Below are positions 23,558 through 24,000 of a stretch of 24,000 bases of DNA, in pieces (position 1 is the first letter of the stretch; each line of letters opens with the position of its first letter). The DNA lies in the NCBI GenBank assembly GCA_046709645.1, contig JBKEFT010000003.1, positions 3,567 through 27,566 on the forward strand, read 5' to 3'. Under the pieces are notes generated by a model, which had not been told where the DNA came from, did no database searches, and was given only the letters and a program-made list of their open reading frames with translations. The position numbers and the translations under genes are program-made. Source of the stretch: Arenicella sp. (GTDB taxonomy: Bacteria > Pseudomonadota > Gammaproteobacteria > Arenicellales > Arenicellaceae).

Positions 23558-24000
23558 TACAAAGATTAAAACGTTACGCTGCCAGCCTTTGTAGATACCT
23601 TTGTAGATACCTTTATGGATTACCTAGGTACGAAAATTTCCTTCACACTTTCATACCAACCTGCAGCCGTGAGTTTAATACTGATGTCTTTGTCTGAGTT
23701 ATTCTCGAAATACCAGCCGTGGTCACCGGCGAAGGCTGCAGTCAAACTGCCACTTTCTTGACTATCTTGATGCTTTTTGTAGTAAACCAAGGTTCCTCGG
23801 CTGCCGTCGTCCGGTTTTTCCGTATGCCCATGAAACTCTGTTAGGGAAAGTCCTTCAGCATCTCCTTGCACTTGCCATTGATAAACCACTGTATCGTGCT
23901 TCTGCATGGCAAATTTAAGCTCCATGGCGTTACCAGCAGCGAGTACCAACTCAAGTTCGGTAGACTTGTATCTTTCGGACTGATCTTGGTATGTAAAAGG
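23558..24000. repeat. Direct repeat copy 2 (runs off the window end)
   Basis: See copy 1. Copy 2 additionally contains a tandem duplication of GTAGATACCTTT (23591-23602 and 23603-23614). That unit is single in copy 1 (18608-18619). Confidence 0.9.
23620..24000 (-). CDS. Small lipoprotein paralog (copy 2), 5-prime end beyond the window
   Basis: The frame is open from the window edge to the stop at 23620. The protein differs from copy 1 at 8 residues (F/L, S/A, T/A, L/R, D/N, T/A, AI/FV). Confidence 0.6.
   Translation of the reverse strand, partial: PFTYQDQSERYKSTELELVLAAGNAMELKFAMQKHDTVVYQWQVQGDAEGLSLTEFHGHTEKPDDGSRGTLVYYKKHQDSQESGSLTAAFAGDHGWYFENNSDKDISIKLTAAGWYESVKEIFVPR

Noticed and set aside
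1-24000. CRISPR arrays, rRNA genes, retron-like or other long tandem repeat structures.
   Set aside because: Reading both strands by eye revealed no regularly spaced repeats of 25-40 bp and no rRNA-like conserved blocks. The only tandem repeats are the 11-bp and 12-bp duplications reported above.

Overview
This window looks like a marine gammaproteobacterial chromosome, judged by gene content and moderate-to-low GC assessed by eye. It runs from a conserved core block into a mosaic accessory region.

**Core block (1-5277, + strand).**
- It is a PspA/YjfJ-centred envelope cluster.
- Gene order: membrane-anchored spermidine-synthase-like aminopropyltransferase (5-prime partial), YjfI-like DUF2170, PspA/IM30 (YjfJ-like), YjfK-like DUF2491, an RHH-like coiled-coil protein, a 2TM K+ channel with an RCK-like tail, and a rhomboid protease.

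**IS debris (5.4-7.75 kb).**
- A heavily degraded IS4-family transposase gene is fused tail-to-tail to a 3-prime-truncated IS1182-family transposase gene that carries an in-frame TAG.
- The IS1182-family copy in turn truncates a GNAT acetyltransferase gene.

**Candidate novel system (7995-13932).**
- A minus-strand operon encodes a heme-oxygenase-like/DUF3050-like protein, a eukaryotic-type glutathione-synthetase-like ATP-grasp ligase, a GshB-like ATP-grasp ligase and a GT2 glycosyltransferase.
- It converges on a plus-strand pair: an alpha/beta hydrolase and a paralogous GT2.
- I cannot assign a pathway to it.

**Island-type remainder (13.9-24 kb).**
- Two overlapping gene remnants: a CxxCH protein tail and a start-less HicA-like toxin.
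- A 47-nt tRNA-Asn(GTT) 3-prime fragment, read as an att scar.
- An AbiEi/AbiEii type IV toxin-antitoxin pair whose toxin gene is broken by a perfect 11-bp tandem duplication.
- An orphan XRE/HigA-like antitoxin.
- A tyrosine recombinase, followed by an inverted repeat that brackets its terminator.
- A module of a secreted M1 metallopeptidase, a DUF6702-like protein and an untracked SEC-C-motif mini-protein. It is flanked by roughly 96 percent identical direct repeats that each carry a small lipoprotein gene. The complete copy has an in-frame TGA right after its lipobox.

No CRISPR array, rRNA gene or intact tRNA gene was seen. All family assignments come from motif reading by eye, not from database searches.
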